The notes: a model not told the origin generated them from the letters alone. DNA of 48,567 nt from Candidatus Heimdallarchaeota archaeon (GCA_019057635.1 DXJL01000099.1:1-48567); one strand, 5' to 3'; positions 9,116 to 19,738 are shown, numbered from the stretch's first letter. Translations and numbers: made by a program.

Positions 9116-10927
9116 GTGAATGTCTTAAAACAGCTACTTTCATACCTTCTTACACGTAAATCTCTAGCTTTACTTGTGTTAGTATCAATTTCTATTTCCC
9201 AAGTCGCTGAATTAGCTATTCCATTGCTAATAGGAATTACGATTGATAATATTCTCAAATCACTAGAAACAGGTAACTTTGAAACATCTTTAGTTCTTTC
9301 AGGCGTGTTTTTAATCGTAATCGCAAGCCTTATTCGCGGAATCATGCATTTTGTGGGAAGATATTCAGGTTATTTACAAGGAGAAGCAATCATTCGTGAA
9401 ATTAGGTCGGATCTTTTTGTCAAGTATGAAACGTCTAATTTGAAATTCTTTGATCGCCACAGAACAGGTGATTTGATGTCACGGGCAACAACAGATCTTG
9501 AACCAATTGGTGAATTTCTTGTATGGGGAGAACGAATTCTCCTTCAAGCATTTTTGACCTATACAGGTATTTATCTAATTCTCCTTTCCATTGATGTCAC
9601 ACTCTTCCTACTTATAGCTGTTGTCACTCCAAGCCTAATTCTTCTTTCATACGGGATTTCTCGCATCTTAGGGCCGCTATTTTTCGAATTACGCGAAAAA
9701 TATGGAGAACTGACTGCGGTTATTACTGAAAATATCTCAGGAGCTCAAATAGTTAGGGCCTTTCACGCGGAGGAACGAGAAAAGCAAAAGTTTGACCAAC
9801 ATAATCAAGGATACATGGAACTCAGGGCATATGCGTTTAAAATCCGATCAATTTTCCTTCCCTCCATAGTCTTAGTTGTGAATCTTCTAGTAACGATTCT
9901 AATCTATGCTGGGGGGGTAGCAGCCATTGAAGAACGAATATCCACAGGAATACTCATTTCGTTATTCACCTACTTTACAATGCTCGCTTTACCTACTCGA
10001 TTTCTTGCGTTTTCTCTAATAACATACCAACGTGTAGTAGCAGCAGGGAACCGTGTGTTTTCTCTTATTGAAGATACGTCGTTCACAGAGAAGGAAATGG
10101 TTGGATATGCTGTTCCTTTAAGTGAAACTCCTCACATTCTGTTTGATCGAGTTTCATTCAAGTACTCAGATCGTACTATTCTCTCAAATATATCCTTGAC
10201 TATAAAATCGGGAGAAAAAGTAGCAATATTAGGATCAACTGGTTCTGGGAAGAGTACGCTAATTTCTCTAATTCCACGTTTTCAGGATGTAACCTCAGGA
10301 CAGGTTCTTGTTGAATACAATGGGAATTCACATAATATTGCAGATCTTGATCTATCAACGTGGCGGAAATGTGTTGGATTTGTACATCAAGAACCATTCC
10401 TGTTTGGAAGGACAATAGCAGAGAATCTAATATTTGAACTTGGTGATATTGATACAAAGGAGATTGAACAGGTTTTAAAAATTACACAGTTAGCCGAATT
10501 TGTAAAATCCTTGCCTGATGGACTTAATACTCTTGTAGGAGAGAGGGGAGTGACACTATCTGGAGGTCAAAAACAGAGATTAGCAATTGCGAGGATGCTT
10601 CTCCGGAAAAATCCAATAATGGTTCTTGACGATGCCACCTCCTCTCTCGATATTTACACAGAGGCACAATTTCTTAAGGCATTTGACAAAATGCTAAAGA
10701 CTTCTTCAATCAAGCATACTGTAATTTTCATAACTCAACGTCTCAGTACTTTAAAAAATGTAGATCGTATCGTGATTCTAAATCGCGGACAGATAATTGA
10801 AGAAGGAACTCATGATGAACTAATCAAAACTGGTGAAATCTATCCTCTGCTTTGGAAGACACAAGAAAGTGGCCAAATCGATGTAAAACTCACATTAGAA
10901 AAAATCATTAAGGAGAGAGAGGAATAA
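9116..10927 (+). CDS. Heterodimeric ABC exporter subunit (TMD+NBD, degenerate catalytic residues)
   Basis: GSTGSGKS, LSGGQKQR, Walker B LDDAT (E to D), switch TQR (H to Q). Confidence 0.95.
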   Translation: MNVLKQLLSYLLTRKSLALLVLVSISISQVAELAIPLLIGITIDNILKSLETGNFETSLVLSGVFLIVIASLIRGIMHFVGRYSGYLQGEAIIREIRSDLFVKYETSNLKFFDRHRTGDLMSRATTDLEPIGEFLVWGERILLQAFLTYTGIYLILLSIDVTLFLLIAVVTPSLILLSYGISRILGPLFFELREKYGELTAVITENISGAQIVRAFHAEEREKQKFDQHNQGYMELRAYAFKIRSIFLPSIVLVVNLLVTILIYAGGVAAIEERISTGILISLFTYFTMLALPTRFLAFSLITYQRVVAAGNRVFSLIEDTSFTEKEMVGYAVPLSETPHILFDRVSFKYSDRTILSNISLTIKSGEKVAILGSTGSGKSTLISLIPRFQDVTSGQVLVEYNGNSHNIADLDLSTWRKCVGFVHQEPFLFGRTIAENLIFELGDIDTKEIEQVLKITQLAEFVKSLPDGLNTLVGERGVTLSGGQKQRLAIARMLLRKNPIMVLDDATSSLDIYTEAQFLKAFDKMLKTSSIKHTVIFITQRLSTLKNVDRIVILNRGQIIEEGTHDELIKTGEIYPLLWKTQESGQIDVKLTLEKIIKEREE

Positions 10928-10928
10928 A

Positions 10929-12704
10929 ATGGCACACGGGCAAGATCAGCGAGATTTGCTGCATCATGAGTATTCTGATTTTGAACTCTTCAAGCGATTG
11001 ATTCGTTATACACTACCCCATCGCAAAATTTTTTCAGTTGCTTTGGTTGGGATGCTTTTAGCCACGTTTTTGACAATCATCCAACCTTTGTTATTAAAAT
11101 CCGTTATTGATGACTATATTCTCAAGAAGGATTTGAATGGATTAGGCTTTATTGCTATCATATATTTTTCTGTAACAGTGTTTTCATTTTTATTGAATGT
11201 TATCACGAGCTATGTTACCACAATTACAGGATTACGTATAATAACGAAAATACGAGAAGAGGCATTCTATCAGCTTCAAGAACTTAGTATGGATTACTAT
11301 GATAAGGAAGCGACTGGAAGAATAGTATCTAGGATTACGAATGATGTGGAAAGATTACTTAATTTACTTTCTACTGGAATTATAGATGCCGTTGTTAATG
11401 TTATGTTTCTAGGGCTCTTATTTCTTGTATTGTTTTCCCTAGATGTTACTTTGAGTTTGACAATAATTGTTTTTTTTCCCTTCTTAGCTGTTTTTATTGT
11501 CTATTTTCGAATCAAAACTAGATCAGCTTGGCAACGAACGAGAAGAACATTAGCTAAGGTTACTGGATATTATCAAGAGGCAATCAGTGGAATAACGGTA
11601 ACGAAAGCACTTTCAGCAGAAGAATTTGTCACAGACGAATTTAACCTTTTAAATCTAGATAATTACCAAGCACGAATACGAGCATTAATGCTATTTGCTA
11701 TTATGTTTCCCCTTATGGACTTACTCCTAACATTAGGAACCGCTTTAGTTCTTTCTGTGGGGGGATATTCAGTGGGTCAAGAGCTCATATCTCCAGGAAC
11801 ATTAGTTGCCTTTCTTTCATATGTTACACGTTTATCGCTTCCGATTATGGTGCTTTCAAATTTCTACAACAGTTTATTAAGCTCTATGGCTGCAATAGAA
11901 CGAATATTTGATATCTTGGACAGTAAACCTCAAGTTGTATCAAGAGATGATAAATATCTCACTGATGTTGCGGGGAAATTAGTATTTGACAAAGTAACAT
12001 TCCGCTATACTCCAGATACAGAGCCTGTTTTGACAGACTTTTCTTTAGTGATTCCTCCCCAACAGACATATGCGTTAGTGGGTCATACTGGCGCTGGAAA
12101 AACTACCCTAGCTAGTCTACTATTGCGATTTTACGATTTTGAAGACGGAAATATTATGTTAGATGATGTCGATATCCGTGACTGTAATTTAGAAAACTAC
12201 AGGGAAAATATTGCCATCATCCCCCAAGATAGTTTTTTGTTCAGTGATAGCATTAGGAATAACCTTCTATACGGAAATTCTAACGCTTCAGATAAAGAAA
12301 TTGAAAGAGCGCTTCTAAAAGTAGGAGCCTATGACTTTACGATGAGCAAAGGACTTGATTTTCAGGTAGGGGAGCGTGGCTCTCGTTTATCCATGGGTGA
12401 ACGTCAATTAATTTGTTTTGCACGTGCCCTGCTTGCAAATCCAAAAATATTAATTTTGGATGAAGCCACCTCTTCAGTTGATGCACATACTGAACTGGTG
12501 ATCCAACAAAGTATGCATAACATTCTTAGTAATCGTACCACCCTTGTTATTGCTCATAGATTAAGCACTATTCGGTTTGTTGATCAAATTGTGGTTCTTG
12601 ACAAGGGTAATATTGTAGAAATGGGAACTTTTCATGAACTGATGAACAAGGGGGGAATTTTTACTGATTTGTATGAGAAGCAATTCGCTGGACAGGATAT
12701 CTGA
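10929..12704 (+). CDS. Heterodimeric ABC exporter subunit (TMD+NBD)
   Basis: GHTGAGKT, signature LSMGERQ, ILDEAT, AHR. Confidence 0.95.
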   Translation: MAHGQDQRDLLHHEYSDFELFKRLIRYTLPHRKIFSVALVGMLLATFLTIIQPLLLKSVIDDYILKKDLNGLGFIAIIYFSVTVFSFLLNVITSYVTTITGLRIITKIREEAFYQLQELSMDYYDKEATGRIVSRITNDVERLLNLLSTGIIDAVVNVMFLGLLFLVLFSLDVTLSLTIIVFFPFLAVFIVYFRIKTRSAWQRTRRTLAKVTGYYQEAISGITVTKALSAEEFVTDEFNLLNLDNYQARIRALMLFAIMFPLMDLLLTLGTALVLSVGGYSVGQELISPGTLVAFLSYVTRLSLPIMVLSNFYNSLLSSMAAIERIFDILDSKPQVVSRDDKYLTDVAGKLVFDKVTFRYTPDTEPVLTDFSLVIPPQQTYALVGHTGAGKTTLASLLLRFYDFEDGNIMLDDVDIRDCNLENYRENIAIIPQDSFLFSDSIRNNLLYGNSNASDKEIERALLKVGAYDFTMSKGLDFQVGERGSRLSMGERQLICFARALLANPKILILDEATSSVDAHTELVIQQSMHNILSNRTTLVIAHRLSTIRFVDQIVVLDKGNIVEMGTFHELMNKGGIFTDLYEKQFAGQDI

Positions 12705-12803
12705 GAAAATATATTGATTAACCAATCTTCATCTCGCCAAAAATGTTCTAGGATTATGGTTTATTGTCTTATATTACCCTAAATTAATAGAATCTTAAGT
12801 ATA

Positions 12804-14183
12804 TTGGATTTGTTTAAACTAATGAGTTCTGATATTACGTCGACCACTTCTTCAGATAAAGATACAGACTCAGAAAGAAAATCTAAAGAGAAGAGGGAAA
12901 AAATTCCTATTTATACCACCAGTATCGCTTGGGCGGCTGGAAGGTCATCTATCTTCACTTATCTTTCCTATTTTGGGGTAGTTTTGGGTGCAAGTCCTTT
13001 AGAGCAATCTATTCTCACATCTGTGAGAAATTTAGGTTCAAATTTATTTCAATCTGTTTGGGGTTGGCTAGCTGATCTGAGAGGGCGTAAATTAGTCATG
13101 ACCATTGGATTAACGACTTTGGCCTTAACCATTTTTATCACTCCATTTGTTTCCAATCCTCTTGAACTCGTACTCCTATCAATAATCATGACGTCACTTG
13201 GATTCAGCTTTATCCCAGCTTGGATAGCTTTTCTTGGTGACTATACCTCTGAAGAAAAACGTGCATCATTTATCGGATTTATTAATTCGATTGGTACATT
13301 AAGCTCGCTTTTTGTTATTCTTCTCTTGGGATGGTGGATGGATAGTACACCCTTTCCATTCCCCTCAGAATTAGCTATATATGCAGAAAGTAAACCAGTC
13401 TTCTTTATTCCATTCATAACTGGAGCTATTATCTTTACGCTAGCATTAGGGAGTGAGTTATTTCTTAAAGAAAAATATAACATTCGTGAAAAAGCGATAT
13501 TTCGAGATGAGCTCCATCTTTCCACCCGAAACTTGATTGAAAGGAATGAACCCTTTAAAAGGTTACTCCCAATCAATAGCTTCTTCAAATTTTGTATGAG
13601 CATGGCTTGGCCAATTTTCCCATTTGTCACTCTCAGAGTAGCTCACTCATGGTTGGAAGTTTCGATTTTATGGGCAGTATTTAATTTACCAAGGGGACTT
13701 GGTCAATCCGTTGGGGGAATACTTGCAGATCGATTTGGTAAAAAAATTGTGATAACTCTTTCTCGTTTTGGATATGCGGTTGTTCCTTTTGGTTACGCAA
13801 TAGGATTAGTTACAGGAAATGTGTGGTTCCTCCTTCTTGTTAATATTCCAGGAGGATTTGCTTTCGGTGCCGAGGATACGGCAATTTCGTCTTATTCGCT
13901 TGACTGTTCCACTGTGGATACACGAGCTCGTTATTACTCAATATTGCTCACTTTTGAAGGTATTTTTGCTTTTACTGGTTCCTTATTTGCTGGATTATTG
14001 ATGGAAGTTCTCTTGACAGTATTACGCATTACCGATAAAGATCCCAAGTTCGAATTTGTGTTAGTAGCGCTTCTACTTCTCATAACTGCGCTAAGAATAA
14101 TTGGAGCGAGTTTTCATAAATATATTCATGCTAATCCTTTGGATTTTGAGCTAGAAAAGCATCTTGGATCCTCTAATCAGTAA
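12804..14183 (+). CDS. MFS transporter
   Basis: Motif A twice (GWLADLRGRK, GILADRFGKK), about 12 TM. Confidence 0.9.
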   Translation: MDLFKLMSSDITSTTSSDKDTDSERKSKEKREKIPIYTTSIAWAAGRSSIFTYLSYFGVVLGASPLEQSILTSVRNLGSNLFQSVWGWLADLRGRKLVMTIGLTTLALTIFITPFVSNPLELVLLSIIMTSLGFSFIPAWIAFLGDYTSEEKRASFIGFINSIGTLSSLFVILLLGWWMDSTPFPFPSELAIYAESKPVFFIPFITGAIIFTLALGSELFLKEKYNIREKAIFRDELHLSTRNLIERNEPFKRLLPINSFFKFCMSMAWPIFPFVTLRVAHSWLEVSILWAVFNLPRGLGQSVGGILADRFGKKIVITLSRFGYAVVPFGYAIGLVTGNVWFLLLVNIPGGFAFGAEDTAISSYSLDCSTVDTRARYYSILLTFEGIFAFTGSLFAGLLMEVLLTVLRITDKDPKFEFVLVALLLLITALRIIGASFHKYIHANPLDFELEKHLGSSNQ

Positions 14184-14296
14184 TCTACTGGAAATTGTAC
14201 TATCCTCATATTATGTTCTTCTTTTAATGCGGAAAGGAGTATTTCTTCTAACTCAATCTTGTAACAATTAAGAAATAAATAGGAGGCATCGATGAG

Positions 14297-14911
14297 ATGA
14301 GTATCTTATCGCGATTATTTGCACGTAGCAGAAAAGCTCGAATTACTATAGGAATCCTAGGAGCTCCTAATGCAGGAAAGACAACTCTCGCAAATCGTAT
14401 TTCCAATGAATGTGGAAACGGCGAACCACTCGGTGTGGTGAGCCCAGTCCCTCATGAAACGCGTGATTGCAAAGCGCTCGAACACTGTGTTATCAGCGAC
14501 CACAATGGATCCTTAGATTTAACCATTGTTGACACTCCAGGTATTACCACATCAATTGATTATCGGGAATTCCAACAACATGGTTTATCACGACAGGAAA
14601 GTATTCAACGAGCAAAAGAAGCGACCAGAGGTGTAATAAAAGCTATTCAAAGCTTGGATAAAATGGATGCTGCAATAGTAGTAGTTGACGCTGCTCGTGC
14701 ACCATTTGACCAAATAAATTGGACGGTGATAGGAAATCTTGAAGCAAGAAAGATTCCAATCATTGTAGCAGCCAATAAATCCGATTTGGCCGACGCTGAT
14801 CCAGAACTTGTGAAAGAAACTTTCCAAAGTGATATTATTCCAATTTCTGCAAAAAATGGATCTGGTATGAATGAATTGTATGGAAGCATCCTATCTGTGT
14901 CAGGAATGTGA
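14297..14911 (+). CDS. oapA: OapA/ArvA family small GTPase (Era-like)
   Basis: GAPNAGKTTLANRI, PHETR, DTPG, RAKEATRGVIKAI, NKSD, ISA; first gene of the three-gene cluster. Confidence 0.9.
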   Translation: MSILSRLFARSRKARITIGILGAPNAGKTTLANRISNECGNGEPLGVVSPVPHETRDCKALEHCVISDHNGSLDLTIVDTPGITTSIDYREFQQHGLSRQESIQRAKEATRGVIKAIQSLDKMDAAIVVVDAARAPFDQINWTVIGNLEARKIPIIVAANKSDLADADPELVKETFQSDIIPISAKNGSGMNELYGSILSVSGM

Positions 14912-14914
14912 GAG

Positions 14915-15232
14915 GTGCAAAAAGTGGACTTACATATCAATTTTGTGACCGAAAAAACCACACGAAAAATGAATAGCACCCAGAAATGTGATTTTATAAT
15001 TTCAAGACTGAAAACTGATTGTGTTTTGGTTTTTGAAGGCGGTCTTAATCCTGAAGAAGAAGCCGCATTGATAGAGGAAACTATGATTCAAATAGATCAC
15101 CAGGAGTTTTTGGGATATAAAATTCTCAATCCAACCCCTCTCAGAATGAGCGGATTGTTCAGTAGGAAAAATCTCAAAATGACTGTCATCGCCCCTCATA
15201 ACTATGACCATCTCTCAATTGCTCTCGTCTGA
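14915..15232 (+). CDS. oapB: OapB/ArvB (DUF2073) protein
   Basis: LVFEGGLNPEEEAALIEETMIQIDH.EF.G, MTVIAP; position after oapA. Confidence 0.85.
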   Translation: MQKVDLHINFVTEKTTRKMNSTQKCDFIISRLKTDCVLVFEGGLNPEEEAALIEETMIQIDHQEFLGYKILNPTPLRMSGLFSRKNLKMTVIAPHNYDHLSIALV

Positions 15233-15247
15233 TATGACGGTGAAATT

Positions 15248-15592
15248 ATGGCTTTAACGAGTGGAGAGGTCAATTTAACACGATATAGTTGTGCGAAATG
15301 TGATCGAACACCAGAAAAAGCCAATGAACTTTTCACAGGGTGTATATGTGGACACCGTCTTTTTCGTTTACGTTTACAACCCAAAGTGAGGAAAATTATA
15401 CCCATTTCTCCAGAAAAAGCTGAATTAAGAGAAGATATGGAGTTTCTAACTATTAGAGAAAAGCAGATTGGAATATATGATATTAATGTCGATAAATTGC
15501 TGAAATGCGAACCTCAGAAAAAGAAAACTCCTGTGATTGCAGGGAATAATGGAGTTTATTCAATTCGCCTCAATTCCTCTTCTAAAAAATAA
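15248..15592 (+). CDS. oapC: OapC/ArvC (DUF2072) zinc-ribbon protein
   Basis: CAKC...GCICG..LF, GIYDINVDKLL, GVYSI; position after oapB. Confidence 0.85.
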   Translation: MALTSGEVNLTRYSCAKCDRTPEKANELFTGCICGHRLFRLRLQPKVRKIIPISPEKAELREDMEFLTIREKQIGIYDINVDKLLKCEPQKKKTPVIAGNNGVYSIRLNSSSKK

Positions 15593-15621
15593 AATGCTTA
15601 TTCAGATAAAAGACGTACTGG

Positions 15622-16365
15622 TTATTGTCTAATTAATTTAATTTCCCCGGAAACTTCGTTGAAAGAACAAACCCCCAAACCATGTAGTAGTCGTAAGTGG
15701 GAGCGAATAATAATCGGGGCAAGTTGTAATTCTAAGGCTATCGTTTCTCTAGCTAGTGACCTCTTTTTGGAATTTTCGAAATAATCAACAATAAACATAG
15801 TGATTTTTCCCAATTCAGATTCTTGGAGGACAGTCCGAATCAGAATATCTTGCGCATGCGAACTAGATGATTCTCGGCTTAAATCTTCACTTACCTGGCC
15901 AAATTGGTCATCCATTCGTTTGATTTCTTCCTCTAGTTGCCTTTGAATTGCCAAATGATTGGCTTCTATGCCTTCAATCTCGTTTTCTGTGTCTTCTAGT
16001 AGCTGTTGCAATTTCGCAATTTGCTGCAAATACGATTCGGCTATTGAGTCTTTTTGCATAAGAGTTTCAGTCATTTCTCGAATCTGTTTCTCTAGTTCTT
16101 GTTTTTCAGCAGCTAATGTTTCAGATTTTGCTTTTTCGGTTTGAAAATCAGTTTTAACTGTAGTGAGCACATCTTGACTTTCTTGAAGTTGTTTTTCGAG
16201 ATTAGTGGAATCACCAAAAGCTTCATTGAGTTTTAGCTTTGATTGATCTTTCATGTGCTTGATTTCTTCTCGTAAATCATTGATAATGATATCTTTCTCA
16301 TTTAATTCTAGAGAGGGCTTTTTCCTTTCTATAATATCATTTATCGGAACATTCTCATCTTGCAT
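15622..16365 (-). CDS. Long coiled-coil protein with C-terminal winged-helix-like domain
   Basis: About 150 aa of heptad E/K/Q/L sequence, then LARETIALELQLAPIIIRSHLRLLHGLGVCSF. Confidence 0.75.
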   Translation of the reverse strand: MQDENVPINDIIERKKPSLELNEKDIIINDLREEIKHMKDQSKLKLNEAFGDSTNLEKQLQESQDVLTTVKTDFQTEKAKSETLAAEKQELEKQIREMTETLMQKDSIAESYLQQIAKLQQLLEDTENEIEGIEANHLAIQRQLEEEIKRMDDQFGQVSEDLSRESSSSHAQDILIRTVLQESELGKITMFIVDYFENSKKRSLARETIALELQLAPIIIRSHLRLLHGLGVCSFNEVSGEIKLIRQ

Positions 16366-16632
16366 GAAAAACCACTAAGACAGGGTTTGAAATTTTGAGT
16401 TAGGGGAATCCCGAAGGATAATGTTTTAGAGTTTTTGATACTTTTAAATGATAGGGTTTTAAAGAAAATTACGCAATAACAAATACAACTTTTCAGAAAA
16501 TTGTGGAAAACGCTTAAAAAGATTTATTTTAAGCCTTCCTTGTAAGAGTATAAAGGACGAATGAATCTCTGGGGGAGGCAAGACATACTTCCATGAATCA
16601 TCACTCTTTATTTCTATACAACCTTAATCTAG

Positions 16633-16854
16633 GTGATAATACTGATTATGCAAAAAAATAAAACGAAAATAGAGAGTCATACCCCTAAAGTTGATTCCCA
16701 GGAGTGTCAGTACTGTGGGAAACCAGCCATTTGTAATTCCTATACTTGTTATAAGAAAAAAGACAGTGCTGATGAAAATGATTATGATTGTTCTACATGT
16801 GAAGAGCGATTGTGTCAACAACATTGGCGAATCTATTTTAGAAGAAATATTTGA
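16633..16854 (+). CDS. Small Cys/His zinc-finger protein (ATG at 16648 likely)
   Basis: CQYC..C....C and CSTC....CQQH. Confidence 0.6.
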   Translation: MIILIMQKNKTKIESHTPKVDSQECQYCGKPAICNSYTCYKKKDSADENDYDCSTCEERLCQQHWRIYFRRNI

Positions 16855-16998
16855 TAGAATTTTTCAAAGAATTTCTACACTATATTAACAATAGAATTTT
16901 TAACCCTTGAGGATTTTTGGAAGTCCAAAGGATGCAAATCAAGGCTTATAAATAAAATTCTGAAATTAGAAGACAACCTTGCCGGAGTTTCACCGTAG

Positions 16999-18150
16999 AT
17001 GTCTGAATGGAGCGCTATTGTCTTAGCCGGGGGAATAGGATCAAGATTAAGACCATTAACTAATAATATTCCCAAACCATTAGTTCCTGTAGCAAACAAA
17101 CCCATGATCGATTATAACTTGGAGTTATTACGAAACGCGGGAATAACAGGTAAAATTGCTATAATAACTCGTTATATGAGGGAGGAGATAATTCAATATT
17201 TCAAAGAAAATGACCATTTCAATGATTTAGATATCGTGCTACCAGTTTTTGATCCACTGGACACTGCAGATGCAGTAAGAAAAGCTGCAAATTATATTGA
17301 TACCGATAATTTTATTGTTTCCATGGCCGACATTGTAACCAACATTCCTCTGCAGGATTTCATGGCTTTTCATACTGAAAAAGGGGGAATTGCTAGTATA
17401 ACTTTGAAAGATGTAGCTCATCCCAGGGCATTTGGTGTCATAATGCTAAACCAAGATTCACGAATTTTATTATTCTTGGAAAAACCAATTCCCCAAGAAC
17501 TGGGCTTAGCTACGTTAACCTTTTCTAAAAAGGAAACTATAAGACTTCAATCAAATTTAGTTAATACGGGTATTTACGCGTTCAAACACGATGTTTTAGA
17601 TATTCTGGAATCGTTGGATGATCTTATGGACTTTGGGAGGGATGTTTTTCCATATCTAGCAAGAGAATACGGCATCTATGGATACGCTCGACGGGAATAC
17701 TACTGGATGGATGCAGGTAATCCCCAGACATATTTATATACAAATTGGGATGTTTTGCGAAGATGGGCTTTCCCGTATTTTCCTCGAGCCACATCAGAAG
17801 AAAATAATATCTGGATTAACGACAATTCTCCCTCCCTGCCAGCTGGAAGTTATATTGAACCACCAGCAGCGATAGGTAATGAGGTCACAATTGGAAATAA
17901 TACTAAAATAAAACCTCATACTACAATTGGAAATCGGGTTACAATAGGCGATAATTGTGAAGTACAAGCCTCCGTGATTTGGGATGACGTTACAATTGAG
18001 AATAATGTGAAAATTAAGAATAGCATTCTTTGTAATGGAGTACATATTGCTTCAGGTTCTCATTTGAATGAAGGTACAGTAATAGGCCCTCTGTTTACTA
18101 GTAGTGAGGCGATTATCACAGAGAAGGATCAGATTTTTGTGAAGAAATAG
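16999..18150 (+). CDS. NDP-sugar synthase (mannose-1-phosphate guanylyltransferase-like) with C-terminal left-handed beta helix
   Basis: LAGGIGSRLRPLT..PKPLVP, FLEKP, YWMDAG, hexapeptide repeats. Confidence 0.9.
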   Translation: MSEWSAIVLAGGIGSRLRPLTNNIPKPLVPVANKPMIDYNLELLRNAGITGKIAIITRYMREEIIQYFKENDHFNDLDIVLPVFDPLDTADAVRKAANYIDTDNFIVSMADIVTNIPLQDFMAFHTEKGGIASITLKDVAHPRAFGVIMLNQDSRILLFLEKPIPQELGLATLTFSKKETIRLQSNLVNTGIYAFKHDVLDILESLDDLMDFGRDVFPYLAREYGIYGYARREYYWMDAGNPQTYLYTNWDVLRRWAFPYFPRATSEENNIWINDNSPSLPAGSYIEPPAAIGNEVTIGNNTKIKPHTTIGNRVTIGDNCEVQASVIWDDVTIENNVKIKNSILCNGVHIASGSHLNEGTVIGPLFTSSEAIITEKDQIFVKK

Positions 18151-18168
18151 GAGATCAATAATATTTTA

Positions 18169-19557
18169 ATGGATATAAGACAGATGTTGAAGGATAGTGA
18201 ATCATTTGCAAAAGGTGGGAGAATAACTGCATTTTCAAATACCGAATTGACTCCAGAACTTTCTGCACTTCTAGGGGGTGCAATGGGTACATATTTAGAT
18301 TCTAATGCAGTAGTGATGATCGGTCGAGATTATAGACGAGATACTCGTATGCTAAAACGTTCATTTTCTGGGGGACTTCTTTCAGCTGGAATTGAATTAA
18401 TAGATCTTCATGGGATACCTACTAGTATCTTACAATTTGCCGTTAGACGATATGGGGCTGATGCAGGGGTTATGATCACTCGAAGTCACAATCTCGCTGG
18501 AATGGTGTCCATAAAGCTTTTTGAGGCGACAGGAATCGAATTCCAAAGTAAACAAGTAGCGAAGATTGTAGAAATTGCAAAATCAGGAGATTTAAGAAGA
18601 GTTGCGGCTCCCGATGTAGGTGGGATTAGCGTAGCTGATGCAATGAAAGTTTATGATCGGGCCTTAGCAGGCTTCTTTGCTTCTAGTAAAGAATCCATGA
18701 AAGAGGCAAATTTACGAGTAGTTGTTGATTGTGCCTGTGGTCCCGCCTCGAGAATTATGCCAGATTTACTCAGTGAGTTTGGATGTCAAGTTATTACCCT
18801 CAATGCTCATAGACCTCGTACTCCGCTCTTTTTACCAAATCCTAACTCTTTAGTCCGACTAAGAGAAACTGTTCGTGCTATCGGTGCAGATCTAGGAATT
18901 GCTTTGGATGCAGAAGCTCGACATGCAATTATAATTGACAGTCAAGGCCGAATTAGAACTGCTGAGGAAACAGCTTCCGTAAACCTGCATTCACGTTATG
19001 ATCCAAGTTCTAGTGCAACCGTGGTTGTTGGAAGCTCTGTTCACCCATCTGTATATCACGATTTACATAAAAATATAATTTTTTCTGGCCATGGAGAACC
19101 TGGAGGAATAGGTAGGGCAGTTCTACAGCATAGAGCGATCTACGGCTTCAATGATACAGGACTATTTGTTTTACCTGTATTTTCTCCAGGATCTGACGCT
19201 ATCGTAGCGTCTTTCACCGTGCTATCTCAAATGGCGAAATCAAATCTCAAATCGACGGATCTTTATCGAAATCATCAAGTTTTCGCTCAAAGAATAGCAG
19301 AAGTAACATTTCCCTTAGAAAAAATGTTTAGCTTCTTCAAATCTGTTTTAAATGAGCATCTGAAAGATTTTCGCGTAATTGACACTTTTATTGGTATTAA
19401 ACTCATTACTGAAGAGACTGAATGGATCCACATCCATCTTGCTACCGATAACAATACTCTGCAAATAGAAGTGTATGATCCTAAAGAAAATCTTGACCGC
19501 CAATCCGAGCTAATTGCTTTTGCACGAAATCTTGTCGACTCATTTCTCTCTAAATAA
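18169..19557 (+). CDS. Phosphohexomutase (PMM/PGM) family protein with degenerate metal-binding loop
   Basis: IGRDYR, TRSHN phosphoserine motif, VVVDCACG; LDAEAR where DxDxDR is expected. Confidence 0.8.
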   Translation: MDIRQMLKDSESFAKGGRITAFSNTELTPELSALLGGAMGTYLDSNAVVMIGRDYRRDTRMLKRSFSGGLLSAGIELIDLHGIPTSILQFAVRRYGADAGVMITRSHNLAGMVSIKLFEATGIEFQSKQVAKIVEIAKSGDLRRVAAPDVGGISVADAMKVYDRALAGFFASSKESMKEANLRVVVDCACGPASRIMPDLLSEFGCQVITLNAHRPRTPLFLPNPNSLVRLRETVRAIGADLGIALDAEARHAIIIDSQGRIRTAEETASVNLHSRYDPSSSATVVVGSSVHPSVYHDLHKNIIFSGHGEPGGIGRAVLQHRAIYGFNDTGLFVLPVFSPGSDAIVASFTVLSQMAKSNLKSTDLYRNHQVFAQRIAEVTFPLEKMFSFFKSVLNEHLKDFRVIDTFIGIKLITEETEWIHIHLATDNNTLQIEVYDPKENLDRQSELIAFARNLVDSFLSK

Positions 19558-19738
19558 AAAACAAAATACCAAGATGAGTCAAATTTATTCCTTTTTTCAG
19601 ACAATGAACAAAAGCAGTGAAACTGAGGTACAATAACAGACCATTTACAAATTATTAAATATAATTAGCGATTAATCGTACTGAGGACACTTTCATATAA
19701 GGAAAAACTAAGCTCCCTGTGTCCGAGATGAGACAATC

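Noticed and set aside
9116-12704. Degenerate motifs in the ABC pair read as pseudogenisation
   Set aside because: This is the normal asymmetry of heterodimeric ABC exporters.
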